Below, one piece after another: positions 63,896 through 64,000 of a DNA stretch of 64,000 nt (positions within the stretch are counted from its first letter, which is position 1; every line of letters begins with the position of its first letter). The notes below the pieces were generated by a model, which saw nothing but the letters and a program-made list of their open reading frames with translations, was not told the DNA's origin and searched no databases. Origin of the DNA: a phage; sequence record PQ724392.1; one strand, 5' to 3'. The position numbers were made by a program, and so were the translations under genes.

Positions 63896-64000
63896 CTTAT
63901 ATTAAAGGCCAGCCAGAAGGTCATCAAGACCATCATCGGAAGGCTCTGGAGTGCTTGGAGCAGTCGCAGTGCGTTCAGACTTAGCAGGTTTGCTGGAAGT

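Overview
The window is a contiguous segment of a T4-like (Tevenvirinae-type) myovirus genome, intron-free and without homing endonucleases. Gene identities rest on gene order, ORF sizes and motif-level similarity to T4 proteins as I recall them; no database search was run. From 1 to about 25.7 kb the + strand carries the late structural module: baseplate wedge gp7 (5'-truncated) through gp12, fibritin, neck gp13/14, gp15, terminase gp16/17, sheath gp18, tube gp19, portal gp20, prohead core gp67/68, protease gp21, scaffold gp22, major capsid gp23, and two tandem gp24 vertex paralogs. Next come rnlB, hoc, inh, uvsW/uvsW.1, the uvsY cluster, the baseplate hub genes 25, 26, 51, 27, 28, 29, 48, 54, and then a long leftward-transcribed block: alt, DNA ligase gp30 with a coupled string of small genes, rIII, gp31, cd, pseT, a spanin pair, an alc-like gene, rnlA, denA, nrdB, nrdA, td and frd. 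Regulatory signals are dense: TATAAATA late promoters, MotA-box middle promoters, GC-hairpin terminators, and a repeated early-promoter cassette. That cassette (AAAGTAGTGTACA-N17-CATAAT plus a conserved leader) sits upstream of six small lineage-specific ORFs and resembles the PeSL mobile regulatory cassettes described in RB49-like phages. The most interesting coding candidates are a NADAR/YbiA-like protein translationally coupled to a HAD-like hydrolase downstream of gp30, a DUF4326-like protein between td and nrdA, a truncated Alc N-terminal paralog, and a tandem pair of diverged small paralogs. Several track ORFs begin at TTG/GTG or at an ATG inside the upstream gene; starts were moved to the internal ATG where a Shine-Dalgarno sequence or stop/start coupling supports it.
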